A stretch of 64,000 bases of DNA from Camelus dromedarius (lineage: Eukaryota): contig NC_087437.1 of the NCBI RefSeq assembly GCF_036321535.1, forward strand, positions 94,366,001-94,430,000, in the 5' to 3' direction. Shown here piece after piece: positions 1 to 14,385 of the stretch (positions within the stretch are counted from its first letter, which is position 1; every line of letters begins with the position of its first letter). The notes under the pieces were generated by a model. It saw only the letters and a program-made list of their open reading frames with translations, had not been told where the DNA came from and ran no database searches. The position numbers and the translations under genes were made by a program.

Positions 1-158
1 TAGTGCCCAAGAAGGAGGAAGAGAGATGTGAAGTAGACCTAGACCAGAAAGAAGCCTGCAGCCAGTCTCACTGGCCCACAGAGTGAATCAATGCTGTGAG
101 CAAATAAATAAAGGAAGTTTGTTAAAATTCACTGTTGTGCAATAGTTGACTATTATAC
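1..158 (+). mobile_element. 3' end of an old MaLR (MLT1-type) LTR, cut by the window edge
   Basis: Resembles an MLT1 3' terminus (...gtgagcaaaataaa...gcaatagttgactattatac). Highly diverged and recognised by eye. Confidence 0.45.
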
Positions 159-224
159 CTGGGTTTCATACTTAAATAGTACTATGCAGTGATGTCAAAG
201 AGAAAGGAGTAGACAAATCCTTAC

Positions 225-620
225 ACACTGCAAATAAAACTTCTTAAGAACAATTTATGCAACATACATCTTAAAGAGGCAAATAAACTTTAGTCCTGAA
301 ATTCTCCTCTAGATATTATTGTGAAGAAACCATAGTATAAACAAAGATATGATTACAAGGATATACCATGAAACCTTTTTTTCCATCATTGATAAACAAC
401 AATATTTAATGATTGGCTAAAAAAATTATTCTATATCCATCCAATGGTGTACCATACAGCCATTAAACAGAGATTGTAAGAGCACAATTCCTAATGTGGA
501 AATATGATTAAACAAGTTTAATTTTTAAAGTCAGTGTATAAAATTTTATGTTCGGTATTAAAGTGATGGGAGATTCAGAATTAGTTATTGCAAAATATTA
601 AAAGTGGTTATCTAATGTTT
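225..620 (+). mobile_element. Ancient L1 (L1ME-like) ORF2-end/3'UTR fragment
   Basis: Degenerate L1 motifs: 'aattctcctctagatatt', 'tatatccatccaatggtgtaccatacagccattaaa', 'aaagtggttatct'. Confidence 0.55.
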
Positions 621-2029
621 CTTTTTCAAAATAAACACATTTTTTATTTGAAAAATACTCAATATAAAAATTTATAATTCATCGATAATTATAATAAAAT
701 CATTAACCATAATATGTTTTTAAAAGATAATCTGAAGCATTATATGTGTTCCTAAAATGTAAAAACAAGTTAATTCATTTTAATCTTACATTAAAAAAAT
801 TGGGTGGTGATAGCTGAAATAGATTCTCAACATCATGCAAATACTTGACATTTCAAATGTATACAGTAAATTTGTTCACTAATTATGGGATATAATTTAA
901 ATGTTTTAAAATCTAAATTTTATATATTCTTATGTTTTGCTGGATATTGCATCATACTTCTAATCCAAAGTCAGTATTTAGAATTCTTCTATCTGAAATT
1001 TTTGAAAAGAGGCATTAATTTAATGCTTCTGAGTATAATGAATAATGCTGTAGATGCTTATTTTAAATGGAAAGTTTTCCAGAATGAATCTGGATAGCGA
1101 ACATTTAATCACATTTATCAAGTTAATATGTTTACTTTAAAGCTATGTTTAAAAACGCTTTCTGAATTGTCTCAGTTTATGCAAGTCACACCTAGTTAAG
1201 GTTTGAGTTTAATGTGTTTAGACATGGCTTATAATTCAATTCAACCTGAGAATAAAACTTCAATGAAAAATGCCATTCATATAAGACAATCTCTGTTTTC
1301 ATCTTCTGACTGCGTTAAACACTATTAAAATGAATGCAATATAAATAAAATTGTGAGAGACAGCCACTGCATGTTAATGTTCAACGTTATTCAGTAATAC
1401 GTTGGACAGCATCATGCTGATTTCTGACTCCATTTTTATTATTCTATTACTCCAAATTAAGCCAATAACTTTTCTCAGTTCCTCCGCCTTCTGAAGTAAC
1501 TACTACTACTGATGTCTTCTTTGAAGAAAAGTGTTTCTTCTTTCATTTTCTGATATACTGAAACCATTTTCCTTTGGGCCCCTCCTATCTTTCTGAAAGC
1601 TCTCTTCGTAACTGTTTCCTGGGTCCTCTTTTCCCTGCTCCCTAAAGGCAGGTCTTACCTAAAACACAGATCAGGGATCCAATAAAGTTGTCGGATTATA
1701 TATAAGAAATCTCATCCTCCTATAAAATTCTTTGATATCTTGTGAAATTTTATAAACTCATCTACTTCCACTCAATAAATAATAGTAGAGGAACTACTCA
1801 CAAAAAAACAGATCATCATATTTCTAGGAACTGATTCTAACAATTTTGTAGTTTACTTGACCAGGAAGGCAGAGAAAATAGAATAACTTAAGCAAATAAC
1901 AAAACACAAATAAGCGAAAGGAATCAAAGATAAGATCTACAACACTAGGTGATAAAAAATTTTCATCATCTCCCCAGTCTCCATCAAAACCCAGCTTTGT
2001 GCACTGAGACTGGGATGTGGTTGGCATAC

Positions 2030-2270
2030 TTAGCAATTAGAAATGAAGTCAATGTGGACAGAGTGTGGTAGTTAGTAATAAGCAATGAGGACTATGAATT
2101 AGAGGGCTTGGGAAGAGCTGATCATATACAAACCAGCAGAGCATAGTAAGTATTTTGACTTTTACTATGAGACATAAGCAAGTGGAGAGTTATGCCGAGG
2201 AAAGGGACACAAGGTCAGAGATGGAAAGGGAGTGCAAAAAATTGGGAGAAATAACCAGTTAGGAGCCTTA
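2030..2270 (-). mobile_element. L2 LINE fragment
   Basis: Purine-rich antisense L2-like text such as 'gcatagtaagtattttgacttttactatgag' and 'ccagttaggag'. Confidence 0.45.
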
Positions 2271-2665
2271 AAATATGAATTCTATAGACACTACACTACA
2301 AAAATCCCTGACCTAACTACAGCATAACAATAAAGTTTGGAAACATAAGCGAATGTACATAATAAGTGCTTTTTTGGTATTACATTACAATACTTGTTAT
2401 ATTCAATGTGTTTTCACTGAATAACTTACACTTTTAACATATCCCACAAGAACTGCTCTTGGTGATTTAATCTGTAAATAATAAAAATGATCATTAATGT
2501 ATTTTTTCTGTGGTTTCTGAATTTATGGTCCACAATTTTGCAACCTTCTTGATTGTACCTTTTTCCTTGTGTTTTGTTTGTTTGAGTATTTAATTTGAAA
2601 ACTAAATTAAGTATAAAAGTAAAAACTCCTTTGAAGTTAAAGGCTAACTGAAACAAGTGAATTTG

Positions 2666-2746
2666 GATAGGTAGGCAGATAGATAAATGATTAATAGGTA
2701 GATAAATAGGTAGGTAGGTAGGTAGGTAGGTAGGCGGATAGATAGA
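2666..2746. repeat. (GGTA)n/(GATA)n tetranucleotide microsatellite
   Basis: Directly visible 'taggtaggtaggtaggtaggtaggtagg' flanked by GATA units. Confidence 0.9.
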
Positions 2747-2799
2747 TTTGTCACATAATCCTTAATTTGACTTATAAAAATCAGTAAAAACTCATTAAT

Positions 2800-3840
2800 T
2801 TTCCCTTTCTTAGAAAAAAATATATTTCCCAATTATATACTGAAAAGGGCTAGAAGGAGAAATAAAATATTTAGTAGCAATGAGACTTTCTGGTACCTGG
2901 ACACCTAGATTGTGCAATCCAAATAAAATACTCACTAAAATAAATCAGGACTCCATGATAAGAAATAAATTTTCATTCCAGAAAACAAGAAAGCTATGAA
3001 TTACTACTGAAGATTAAAGGACACAAAAGTCATCTTGAAATAGCCCTCTTTGACCAAAGGTGCAATAGTTTGAGCATCAAAAGGAATGTATGCATTAAAT
3101 TTAAACATATCAATGACTCTATTTTTTAAATCCTTGAGTTAATAAAGTATGTTACTGGTCAACTTTGAAGATTGTTATAACCTGACTGTATTCTGAAAAT
3201 TAGTAAGTAAGTAGAAAGAATAAAAATTTTTCCTGCTCCTCCTGTTTGTCCTGTATTTTACTATACCCAAGTAATTGAGATGAGAGAAAAACTTTCTTTA
3301 GAGAAGAATTCCAAATAATAAATATGAAAGAAGTGGTAGAACTAAGACAAAACAAAATAAAACAAATAATAACAACAACAAACTATCTGAAATAATGTAT
3401 CTAGGTAATATCATCAAAGAAAAATGAAACCATTGGGTGGAAGAGTAATGGAAAATTTTATCACAAATGAACTGGCACATGAGAACTGGATCTACTGATC
3501 AATTTCACATCAAATGACACAAAACATCCAAATGTAAAAGTGAAACATCCATAAATTTTATGTCTTACTGTGAAGAAAAATAAACCAAAAAGCTCATCTA
3601 TAAAGTATTCTTGTAGAATACAGAGGGGGAGGTAGAGGAGAAGGAGGTGAAGAACTTGAATCTAAGCACTTTCCGAGATTCAACTACTTTACATAGAAAA
3701 TTTGGGATTAAAAAAGTAATAATGGTTTACTACAGGGGTGTAATTTACCAAATCCAGAATGTGGGAAATTTTCTAAAACAAATGACACCAGACTGCAAAA
3801 ATAAGTAAATAAGAAGCAGCAAAGAAGAAGAAAAAGAAAA
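2800..3840 (+). mobile_element. Ancient L1 3'UTR (L1MC/L1ME-like)
   Basis: Motifs 'aaaagggctagaag...tagtagcaatgag' and 'aaatccagaatgtgggaaattttcta', typical of old L1M long 3'UTRs. Confidence 0.5.
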
Positions 3841-3989
3841 AAAACAGCCCCTTGTTTGTTTCACTGGCCTTTGAAATATAGGAGCCTATTGCCCCTTCTC
3901 TACCTGAAAACAACCCTACCTCTTTTTCCTGAGTTCCCTGTACTGGGCTCCCTTTCTGCATTCTCTGTTTTGTGTGCATCTAGAATTGA

Positions 3990-4365
3990 ACACAAGACAT
4001 TTACTTTTGACTGATTCCTTCTTCTTACAATCTACTTTCAACCAACAACCTGCTTCATTGGATGTTATCTCTACATATTGTTAACATTGGTTGTTCCATC
4101 CTTCCCACTCCAATGATATCAAATTAGTGCAGGACTAATTACTTTGCAACTGTGATGGCTTCTTACCAGTACCCCTCTATTTAATCTCTCCCTCTCTTTA
4201 CTTATACTATGTACAGCAGTCAGATTAATTTCAATAAACTTTATTTAAGCATTTAAAATCTTTGATGGATTCCTTATATATATGAATCAAGCACTAGACC
4301 CTTATTTAAAAAATCAAGACCTTAAACAATTCAGATAAACCTAATTTTCCAGAATCCTTCACCAC
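3990..4365 (+). mobile_element. L2 LINE fragment
   Basis: Pyrimidine-rich L2-like text such as 'tgtacagcagtcagattaatt' and 'ttaaaatctttgatggattcc'. Confidence 0.45.
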
Positions 4366-4373
4366 TTCTAGTC

Positions 4374-5769
4374 TTTTTTTTTTTAACATTTTTTTAATTG
4401 AGTTATAGTGATTTTACAATGTTGTGTCAAATTCCAGTGTGGAGCACAATTTTTCAGTTATACATGAACATACATATATATTCATTGTCACATTTTTTTT
4501 TCACTGTGAGCTACCACAAGATCTTGTATATATTTCCCTGTGCTATACAGTAGAATCTTGTTTATCTGTTCTGCATATGCCTGTCAGTATCTACAAATTT
4601 TGAACTCCCAGTCTGTTCCTTCCCACCTCCTGCCCCCTTGGCAACCATAAATTTTTATTCTATGCCTATGAGTCTGTTCCTGTTTTGTATTTATGTTCTT
4701 CTTCTTCTTCTTCTTCTTTTTTTTAGATTCCGCATAAGAGTAATCTCATATGGTATTTTTCTTTCTCTTTCTGGTTTACTTCACTTAGAATGACATTCTC
4801 CAGTAACATCCATGTTGCTGCAAATGGCATTATGTTGTTGGTTTTTATGGCTGAGTAGTATTCCATTGTATAAATATACCACCTCTTCTTTATCCAGTCA
4901 CCTGTTGATGGACATTTACACTGTTTCCATGTCTTGGCTATTGTAAATAGTGCTGCTATGAACACTGGGGCGCAGGTGCCTTTTTGAAGTAGGGTTCCTT
5001 CTGGATATATGACCAGGAGTGGGATTCCTGGCTCATATGGTAAGTCTATTCCTAGTCTTTTGAGGAATCTCTATACTGTCTTCCACAGTGGCTGCACCAA
5101 CCTGCATTCCCACCAGCAGTGTAGGAGGGTTCCCTTTTCTCTACAGCCTCTCCAGCATTTGTCATTTGTGGACTTTTGAATGATGGCCATTCTGACTGGT
5201 GTGAGGTGATACCTCATCGTAGTTTTGATTTGCATTTCTCTGATAATTAGTGATATAGAGCATTTTTTCATGTGCCTATTGATCATTTGTGTGTCTTCCT
5301 TGGAGAACTGCTTGTTTAGGTCTTCTGTCCATTTTTGGATTGGGTTGTTTGCTTTTTTCTTATAAAGTCGTACGAGCTGCTTATATATTCTGGAGATCAA
5401 GCCTTTGTCGGTTTAGTCGTTTGCAAAAATTTTCTCCCATTCCATAGTTTGTCATTTTGTTTATGGTTTCCTTTGCTGTGCAGAAGCTTGTAAGTTTCAT
5501 TAGGTCCCATTTGTTTATTCTTGCTTTTATTTCTATTGCTTGGGTACACTGCCCTAGAAGAACATTTTTGAGATGTATTTGAGATAATGTTTTGCCTGTA
5601 TTTTCTTCTAGGAGGTTTATTGTATCTTGTCTTATGTTTAAGTCTTTGATCCATTTTGAGTTTATTTTTGTGTATGGTGTAAGGGAGTGTTCTAGCTTCA
5701 TTGATTTACATGCTGCTGTCCAGTTTTCCCAGCACCATTTGCTGAAGAAACTGTCTTTATTCCATTGTA
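4374..5769 (-). mobile_element. Young 5'-truncated LINE-1 (about 1.4 kb: ORF2 C-terminus, 3'UTR, poly(A)), frameshifted
   Basis: ORFs 5381-5701, 5071-5400 and 4723-4965 read as L1 ORF2 ([34 protein letters not shown] zinc knuckle; [15 protein letters not shown]). Poly(T) at 4374-4384. No clear target-site duplication (TSD) found. Confidence 0.97.
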
Positions 5770-6189
5770 TAAAACAAATGACCCATTTTTACTATTTTTC
5801 CTCTAATCCACTAATATGTGCTTTCTATTATAGTTACTTTAATATGTATCCAATTCTTCCTACTATATTATTTTATTTTTTTAGTTAGAGAAAGTTGGGG
5901 AGGATAGATTTGTATTTACTTTTATCCAAAGATCAGTTCTGTCATCAATATAATAAACATCAGTATCATCTGACAATTGTGTTATAAGTGTAAAGAAAAA
6001 CTATTTTAAATTTGAAAATTAATATTACAAATAAGGAAAAAAATAATTATAATGAGACATCAATAATCGCAAGTAATTTATTTACTATAGTAATTAAAGA
6101 ATCTATACAATATTTAGACCTGTAATTTTTGTTATAAAATTATGATTTGTAATTTATAATTATCAAAATAAAATAGAAATATTTAGATT

Positions 6190-6572
6190 CTTTATTGAAT
6201 TATAGTCCATTTACAATGTTATGTTTCTGGTGTACAGCATAGTAATTCAGTTATACATATATATATACTTTTTTCCTTTTCATATTCTTTTTTATTATAG
6301 GCTATTACAAGGTATTAAATATAGTTCCCTGTGCTATACAGTACGTCCTTGTTGTTTATCTATTTTATATATAGTAGTTAGTATCTGCAGATTTCCAGCT
6401 CTCAATTTATCCCTTCACTCCCCCTTTCCCCCCATAACCATAAGTTTGTTCTCTATGTCTGTGAGTTTGTTTCTGTTTTGTAAATATGTTCATTTGTGTC
6501 ATATTTTTAGGTTCCTCATATAAGTGATACCATATGGTATTTTTCTTTCTCTTTCTGGCTTATTTCACTTAG
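6190..6572 (-). mobile_element. L1 3'UTR fragment (artiodactyl type)
   Basis: Similar to the 3'UTRs at 4390-4790 and to the reverse complement of 27750-28140, e.g. 'ttccctgtgctatacagta' and 'tttctggcttatttcacttag'. Confidence 0.9.
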
Positions 6573-6759
6573 TAAAGTTTAGGTAACATCAGGACACAAA
6601 TCCATTAATTATGTAAACTCATTTATTGAATAATAGCTTTACCGATTTTTAAAAATAATATATAATCTTTATTTTTAAAAATCAAGCAATAATAAAAAGG
6701 AAAAAGGAAAAATAAATAAAACATCCAAAATTCTTCCACACCTCCATTAGCAACCTCTT

Positions 6760-6790
6760 ACACACACACACAGACACACACACACACACA
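6760..6790. repeat. (CA)n microsatellite with one interruption
   Basis: Directly visible. Confidence 0.95.
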
Positions 6791-7371
6791 TGGGTATAGC
6801 TGGGGAAATAATTTTATTAAGGACTTATTTACATGTATCTTATTAGTTTTAAGTCTTCAGATTTTAATAAAAAAATACATTTTAACAAAATATTTTTTAA
6901 GCTGAGAAGCTTCTGAAATTCAGATATGTGTTTCTCTTGACTAAGAGATACTGGTTACTGAAATTAAGAAAAGTTTATAAAATTCATTGGAACCTTGGAA
7001 TCACTATGTATTTTTGTTTTTTAATTTATTTATTCTTTGCTCTGAAAGATGACATAGCACACTAAAATTTATCAAATTTTTGTGTCTCAAATTTCTTGAT
7101 ATTTGCCATGTATATTATTTATGTGTATTATTACATATGTTATATATAATATTATTATTATCATCATAGCTAATATTTTCATTCCTTATCATCTGATAGT
7201 GGTTATAGAATAATTCAATTATCTTCTTCAGCCTTGGGTCTCTTCTTTATTTTTAGTTCAGTATCTAAATGGTTTCAGTGATCATCTGCATTACCATTCC
7301 CTTAACTTGCTCACTCCTCTTCTAAAATTAATTATCCATCACATCTTGATATCTACCTCCCATTGGGCACA

Positions 7372-7660
7372 ACAATCAATTACAGATGGGTTGCAGATCT
7401 AACTGAAAAAGGTAAAAAAAAAAAAGCTTTCGAAGCAAAATAAGAGAACTTCTCATGTTGTAATAGGCAAAAATTTCCAAACATGACACAAAAACACTAA
7501 CTATAAAGAAAAAAAATTGATGAACTGGACTGCATTTGATTTAGAACTTCTGATCTTCAAAGGCCTTGATTAACAGAGTTAAAAAAAGGCACAGAGTAAG
7601 AAATAATATATACAATACTACATCCAACAGAGGGCTCATTATAGTCTAAGGATTACAAAG
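7372..7660 (+). mobile_element. Ancient L1 ORF2 fragment
   Basis: 'aatcaattacagatgggttgcagatctaa...actataaagaaaaaaaattgatgaactggac' parallels the [11 protein letters not shown]...KIDKLD region of ORF2. Confidence 0.7.
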
Positions 7661-10061
7661 CCATACCAAGTCAGTCTCTGGTGTATTTCCAGAAACAAAG
7701 AGAATAAAGAGAGAGAGATGATTTATACATCAATACATGAAAATATCTAAATAAATATTTTATAATCTTATAAATGGGAATTATTGATTTGAAACACCAG
7801 GGAAGTTTTTTGGAACTACATTGTTGGAGCCTATATTAAGATCAAAATTTCTAGTGCAGCACTGGTATCTGAACATTTAAGTGGGTTCCTTATCTATGGC
7901 TTTTGTATGGCTTTTGTAAAGTCCTAGATAAAAACTATTATTATGGAAAGCTATTTTGTTCCTTGAATTTTGTTCTTGTCTTATGCACCTTTTGCTTATT
8001 ATCTTTTTAAGTTAGTTTATAGAAAAGGAACATACTTAAATGTATATCTAGTTCTTTCAGTTAAATATGATTAACTTAACTGCAAATTCTGAAGGTATGC
8101 TATGCATAATCACAGTGTTACTCAGATCCTTTGAAAAACAACCTCCAGTTGTGTGTCAGAATGATAAAATTTTTGAACATGTACAAAAAGTATGCATATT
8201 TATTTATAAATTATAAGCAGATACTTCTATACTAACATATTACTTATATTATGAAGCATATACAAACATTAATTTTAAGGATATTATTAAAATCTAAGAT
8301 TTTGCTAGTTATTATGGTCACTTTCTAGTATTAGATATGGGAATGAATATTAATGTTAGGGTGAGATTCACCATTTGCCATAAGGCATGCAATTTTGTTT
8401 CAAATTATCCTCTCAAAAATTTCATTTTCCCACATTATTTGCCAATATGATTTGATCATTTTAAGATGTGTTTTTACCTTTCTAATGTGGCTGAAGAATG
8501 ACTCATATTAGCAGTAGAAGTGTCAACTTTGCTGTTGTTTGCTTGTGCTCTTGTAGTTGGTATTGCATTTTCTATGCAGGATTTTTTTTTTTTTTGAGCT
8601 AAATGTCTGTTTCTAGTTTTAAGTTATTTAAAACCAGATTTATAATTTAAAAACACAGTTAAAGCATTATACAAAAATGCACTATGTTACACTATGCTGA
8701 AAGTGAATGAATTAATCAGGACACTAGTATCAATTCTCACCATTCTGGAATTCACACACTATCCTTAAAATGGATCATTGAGCATAGAAAGCACATGGAT
8801 ACTTACCACAGAGACTAAGTGGGGAAGCCAGTGTCAACCCATTTATTATATATTAGGAATCTTGACTTTCATTTTACTTAGTAAAATATAACCATAAATA
8901 CCTTGGTCACACTATGGGATGTATTCATGCAACTTTTTGGTAGCATTGATCTAGAGGGTGTTTTATTAAGCCTAACAAGAGAAAGTTGCAGCACAACTTA
9001 AGTAAAAGAGTTATATAGTATTTCGCAGATACATTCAGCAACTGTCTCACTTTTCTAGTAAATTATTTGTTGAGTGTGTAACTTTAGATGAAACCATATA
9101 AAATGATCAGATCTTAGCACCAGGGGTCCTGATGAGGAAACCCAGATTGACTCATTCTTTTTATTTTATTTTATTTTTTAAAATCACATTTCCACGTTGA
9201 GGCTGCTGCTTTTCACCCTCCATACGAGCAAAACTAACTAAATAAAATGTATCTCTGGAGGCTTTTTTGAAGACAGAACCAGAAGAAATAGTTTTCTATA
9301 CCAAGATTCACAATAAAAGCACTGGTCACAGTATTTTCAAAAATTGTTTACAAAATGAAATAGCAGGAGATCATATTTCTGCTGCTCTACTTCTCTATCT
9401 TTGTCTCACTGGAGACAAAACCAGTAACCTTTTCTTGGAAGTTACAAAATCTAATTTTGAGCTAGCTTAGAAAACAGGAGAATTTTTTGACTTATATAAC
9501 CACAATGGCCAATGATAAGTTAGTGATGGTCAAGAATTTTAAATTTTCTAGACTTTCTGTCCATTGTCTTAATGAACTTTGCATGCTAGTTTCATCCTTT
9601 CCCATTGTAGACTGTTTCCCAGAAACCCAGAACTGGCACATCTTGGAAATCCTGAGCTTACATATTCTTAGCTTTCTCTCCAGAGAGCAGTCCCTTCCCT
9701 CTGCTCTGGATCTAAACATATAATGGATGGTTTTGTTCACATGCTCTCCCCTTAACCTATCAGTCTGTTCTGGCATGTGAATGTATTTAAGAAGAGGGTC
9801 ATCCTATTTGGACATGTTTAGATACTAGAGTGAAAAGAAAAGGAGCTGTTCCCTGAAAAAGGGATCTACTATTTCTATGAAAAGGAAGAGGTATTAGAAA
9901 AAAAAACCATGTCCAAGGTCAGGGCTATCTCAGGGGAATGTGATTCTGCTGAGTTTCTCATCCCCACAAATAAATTAAGTCAGTTAGCGAAATCATGTCT
10001 TAATGCCACATTCTCAAGACGGATGAAGGAACTCATATACACCTGCTTTATATTAAGCAAT

Positions 10062-10426
10062 TGTTTGAACTGAATTGGGTCCTCCCAAAATGCATATGCT
10101 GAAGCTCTAAACCTCAGCCCTGACTGTATTGGACATGGTGCCTTTAAAGAGGTAGTTAAGTTAAAATGGGGTCACCAGGGTGGGTCCAAATCCAGTATTA
10201 CTGGTGTCTTTAAGAACAGGAGATTAGGACATAGATGAACACAAAAGAGAGACCATATGAAGACAGAGAAGAAGATGGTCATCTGCAAGCCAAGGAGAGA
10301 GGCCTCAAAAAAACAAACAAAAACTCTGAGGACGTCTTGATCTCTGACTTCTAGAAAATAAATTTCCTCTGGTTAAGCCACCTAGTCTGTGGTACTTCGT
10401 TATGGCAGCTCTAGCAAACTAAAACA
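10062..10426 (+). mobile_element. Solo MaLR LTR (MLT1A/B/C-like), about 365 bp
   Basis: TG...CA termini with diagnostic 'catctgcaagccaaggagagaggcctca', AATAAA and 'ttaagccacctagtctgtggtacttcgttatggcagc'. Confidence 0.9.
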
Positions 10427-11399
10427 AGACTTCACCGTATTTGTTTCCTTATTACCCTGCATTACTATTAGACAACTCTTAGGACTGGTTTAAATTGTAA
10501 CATATATTTTGTCTTCCTCATAGAGATTTCTTCTGGCTCAAATAGTTTTGTTGTTGTTGTTGTTGTTTAATGAGGTCCAAACTCAAAGGATTTTTTTTCT
10601 GATGTTTCCGTTTCTCTGAAGTCAGTGGCTTTGTTATTCATTTTCTTAAATAAGCTTATGTTGGCAATAAAATCAAGAAGTAGAAATCTAAATTGTCATG
10701 CAATGCCCCTAGGAATACCTAAATCAGTTGTGAAACAATCAAATTTCTTTTCTTTGCAAGACTGAGAATAAGATTTGTGTGCCTTCTAATGGAGCCACAA
10801 GTAATGGTGGAAAGAAACAATTTTATTCTGTATTAGGTTTCTTTGCTTTAAAGCAGAACTCTTATTTCTTTAAGATAATTCATTTAATCATTGTGGCAAA
10901 GGCAATATATCACCGAGTTTTCAACATTGCATTAAACAGATAATCAATAGTTTGAGACAATAAAATAAAATGTTTTCAGCTTTATTAAACTTCGGGGACA
11001 TGTGGAGAGCAACTGGGAAGGAAAATAGCATTAAAAGTCAGTTAACATAGCTATTATTGCAAAGTGTGTCTGAGTCATCGCTTAGCATGGGGCTTCTGGG
11101 GTTATTCAGGAGAAATCAGATTGAAAAACAACCACACACACACAAAAATTAGCTAGAACAAGCTAAAATATTTAATTCATCAATTTCCAGAGAATAAGCA
11201 ATAATTTAGTTTTACATCAATGAACCATGTTTCATCTTTCAATATTTTTCATTTTATTTAAAAACATTTATCTCTCTTACAATTAAATTTTTTAAAAAAA
11301 ATGATACAGACTACTAGAGTCAAACAAATATCCTTGAAAAAGCAATTCAAATTTGGGTTGAAATATAGACAATTAAAAGCCTTTTATATATGATAGTGT

Positions 11400-11560
11400 G
11401 TTTAGTACTTTTTATGCATGAATTTATTTACTTCTCACAGCAATCCTGCTAGGATTATTTGACCATTGAGGAAAATGAGGCCTGGACAGCATGCCTAACC
11501 CATGGTCAGCCAGCCAGTGAGAGCCAGGCTGGGACTGGCGAGCCATTTCTTCTGCTGGTC
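11400..11560 (-). mobile_element. MIR SINE fragment
   Basis: 'ttctcacagcaatcct...tgaggaaaatgaggc' matches the antisense MIR core. Confidence 0.6.
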
Positions 11561-12127
11561 CACCTTCAGAACCCAAACACACTGGGGCTCTTGGGCTCTG
11601 GATTATAATCAAAGACCAATCAAGGTGCTGACTAAATGTAGAGAGCACTTTTTTAGGTTATTACCTAAAAGATGCTTACTCAGTCACCATCGCAAGTGGT
11701 TGTCACCATTGAAAGTGGATCAGCTTTCAAGAGATGTTCTCTGCTTATAGATGTAGGTTATTATAAAAATACATGTGGATACTATGGTATTTTACCTTCT
11801 CATTAGCAAAGGCTCAATTTTTATAATACTCTAAAGTGATCAGTGATTTTTAAAAAAACAATTAAAAGACATCTTTATTATACTTGGGTCAACCATTGGT
11901 TGACTGGAGTCAACTAATACTTTTTGCATTCCAGCTTTGTTTCACACACACTAACTTACAGATTTCAAGATAAGGTATCTATTCTTTGCTCAAACAATGT
12001 GTTGTCTGCGATATGCTATTCTTCCTAGAAACAGAATCGGATATTTGTACACTATTATCTCAATTAAAATAGAAACACAAATTATAATATTTAACGTTTT
12101 CTTATGCTGGTCTGTACAAATTTGAAG

Positions 12128-12382
12128 CAGGGTAACAGAGTGGAAAAGCATTGATTTTGAACACAGATATGCCTGAGTTTGAATCACATTCTTTCAATTT
12201 CTAGCTGATTGAATGTGACTAATTATCTGAAGTTTTTTTTTTTTTTTGTTCCGTATCTGATAAAAGGCGATCTCAACATTTACCTCAAACACGTGTTGGG
12301 AATATTCAGTGAAATGTTGTATAATTCAAGTACATATTACAACGTCTGGACCATGGCAGGTGATTAATAAATGCACATTATT
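12128..12382 (+). mobile_element. MIR SINE, near full length
   Basis: 'cctgagtttgaatc' B-box remnant, core 'tatctgataaaagg...tacctca' and tail 'ggcaggtgattaataaatg'. Confidence 0.75.
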
Positions 12383-14069
12383 GAAACTAGGAAGAACATC
12401 ACATTGGAAAGAAGAGGAGAAGTAGAAGCCGCAGTACTGCTGCCACTACTGGTAGAGCAGGAAGTTCTTTACTGTCAAGATTTCACACTTTATTTTCTCT
12501 CTGAATCACAATGATTTTCCTCAAAACCTCTCCATTTGGAAATACCCAGTCTGCTGACTTTGGGAGTGACTTCAGGGAAGCAGCTAATGAGAAATGGGGT
12601 AGTAACTAATAATAATATTAGTACTAGTCACTAATACTAAAAAGCAGGAAGTTTTAAACTTGTCTACACTGCACATACACCAAACGCTCAAGCCACAAAA
12701 AGCCAGTAAGTCTCCTACTACTACCAGTCATTGTATAATTTATTTCTTCTTTCAAGCTTGCTTTAGTTTTTACATTAGCCTGATTTCACCTTAAAAAAAA
12801 ATGAAAGAAAAAGAAACATGCCGTGTTATATTTACTGGGTCTAAAGTTTGTTCCAACCTAAGGAAAATTTCTACTGATTCTGCCAGTACAAATAAGGATT
12901 CTAATAAGGCAGGTAACACTAGAATCTCTCTATTACCAAGTAATCAGAAAGTTGAATCAATAGAAATGTTTTAGTAGCTTGCTAGAAGCCTATTCAAAGT
13001 AGTACTTTCCAAACAAAGTTAAAGTTAGTTTTATTTCTCTGATTTCTTCTGGAAAATTCAGGATAATCATGATCTCTAAAACCTCTGCCTGAAATATTCA
13101 ATCATATGACTCCTTTGAATAGGGCACTATTGACAAGAGATTTCCTTATTTTATTTTTATTTAAATCTATATTTGCCTCAAGTCAAATCTTGTCTCCTGA
13201 AAAAAATAGCTACTGAATAGAGCAGAAAACTTTTATTTTATTGATAATGCGAACTTTGGTGGCCAGTCATCCATCATCTCTACCCCAATTCTATGTCCCC
13301 TAATACCTTACCCATCATCAGAAGCTGTTCTACTGGGGATAAAAAAATAATATATCAATGAAAACATGTCATATAAATTCAGTTTACTTTTCTCACTGTC
13401 CTACTAAGATTTTTAGGTCATAAGCCACTGATACAGCAAATACCCTCTGGATTCCTGGGGCAATAAATTCTCCTGGGTCTTTTATCCTCAATGCCTACCA
13501 ACTTAACTTGACATATATTAGATACTTATCACTTGTTTAACCACATTGATAGTAAATATTTGAAATCATTGACAGAAATTTCACATAGCAAGATAAATTC
13601 TGGAAATAATGAGAGACTAAGAAAAGAGAAATTCCAGAGAGAAATTGCAGATTCTTTGAATTCCCTGAACATCAATAATATTGGGTCAACTTTATTAACT
13701 TTCTTAAAACTAGAATTTTTAGAGATGTATGGACCTTGGAGACTACACATCTTAATGAAAAAAATAAAATAAAATAAAAACAAAAACAACCTATCTTTTC
13801 TGAAGACCCTTTGGCTGCTTGATAGGATGCCTACAGAGAATGCACACAGAGAGAGTAACTGACTTGGGAGAGCTACTGAAGCCAGTCTTGAGGACACCAG
13901 AGGGAAGAACTAAGACAAAGCCTGTTGCACTGAAGTCTTACTGCACCATCTCTCTGCACTGCAAATTAAGACCCAGTGTTATCGCCCAAGGAAAAAGAAA
14001 ACGAAGACTGAGAGTCTGTGACAGGGAAGCCCACAAGACAGGATCAGGGGGTGCATCTTATGTTGTTCA

Positions 14070-14245
14070 AGGGAATGGAGTTGAAGGCAGGTATTCCCCG
14101 GTTTGAGTCCTCGCTTAGACACCCACTAGCTATAAGACTCTTAGTCTACTCATCTGTTGTATCGGCTTATAAAACTTCCTAGTTCATAAAATGTAAAAAT
14201 TATATAATGCCAACATGTTATGTGCTAAATAAATTGTAGCTATTT
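14070..14245 (+). mobile_element. MIR SINE fragment
   Basis: 'ccggtttgagtcc...ccactagctataagac' and tail 'tgctaaataaattgtagctat'. Confidence 0.55.
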
Positions 14246-14385
14246 GTTCTTCTCTACCTAATTCTGAAATTATCTGAGTCATGATAGATGTTACTCTCTT
14301 TATTATTACTTAGGCCTCAGCAGTGAAGGTTATGTAGATGCTAGTGCGGGAGGAAGTAAACATGAACAAACAAAACCTTATGTAC

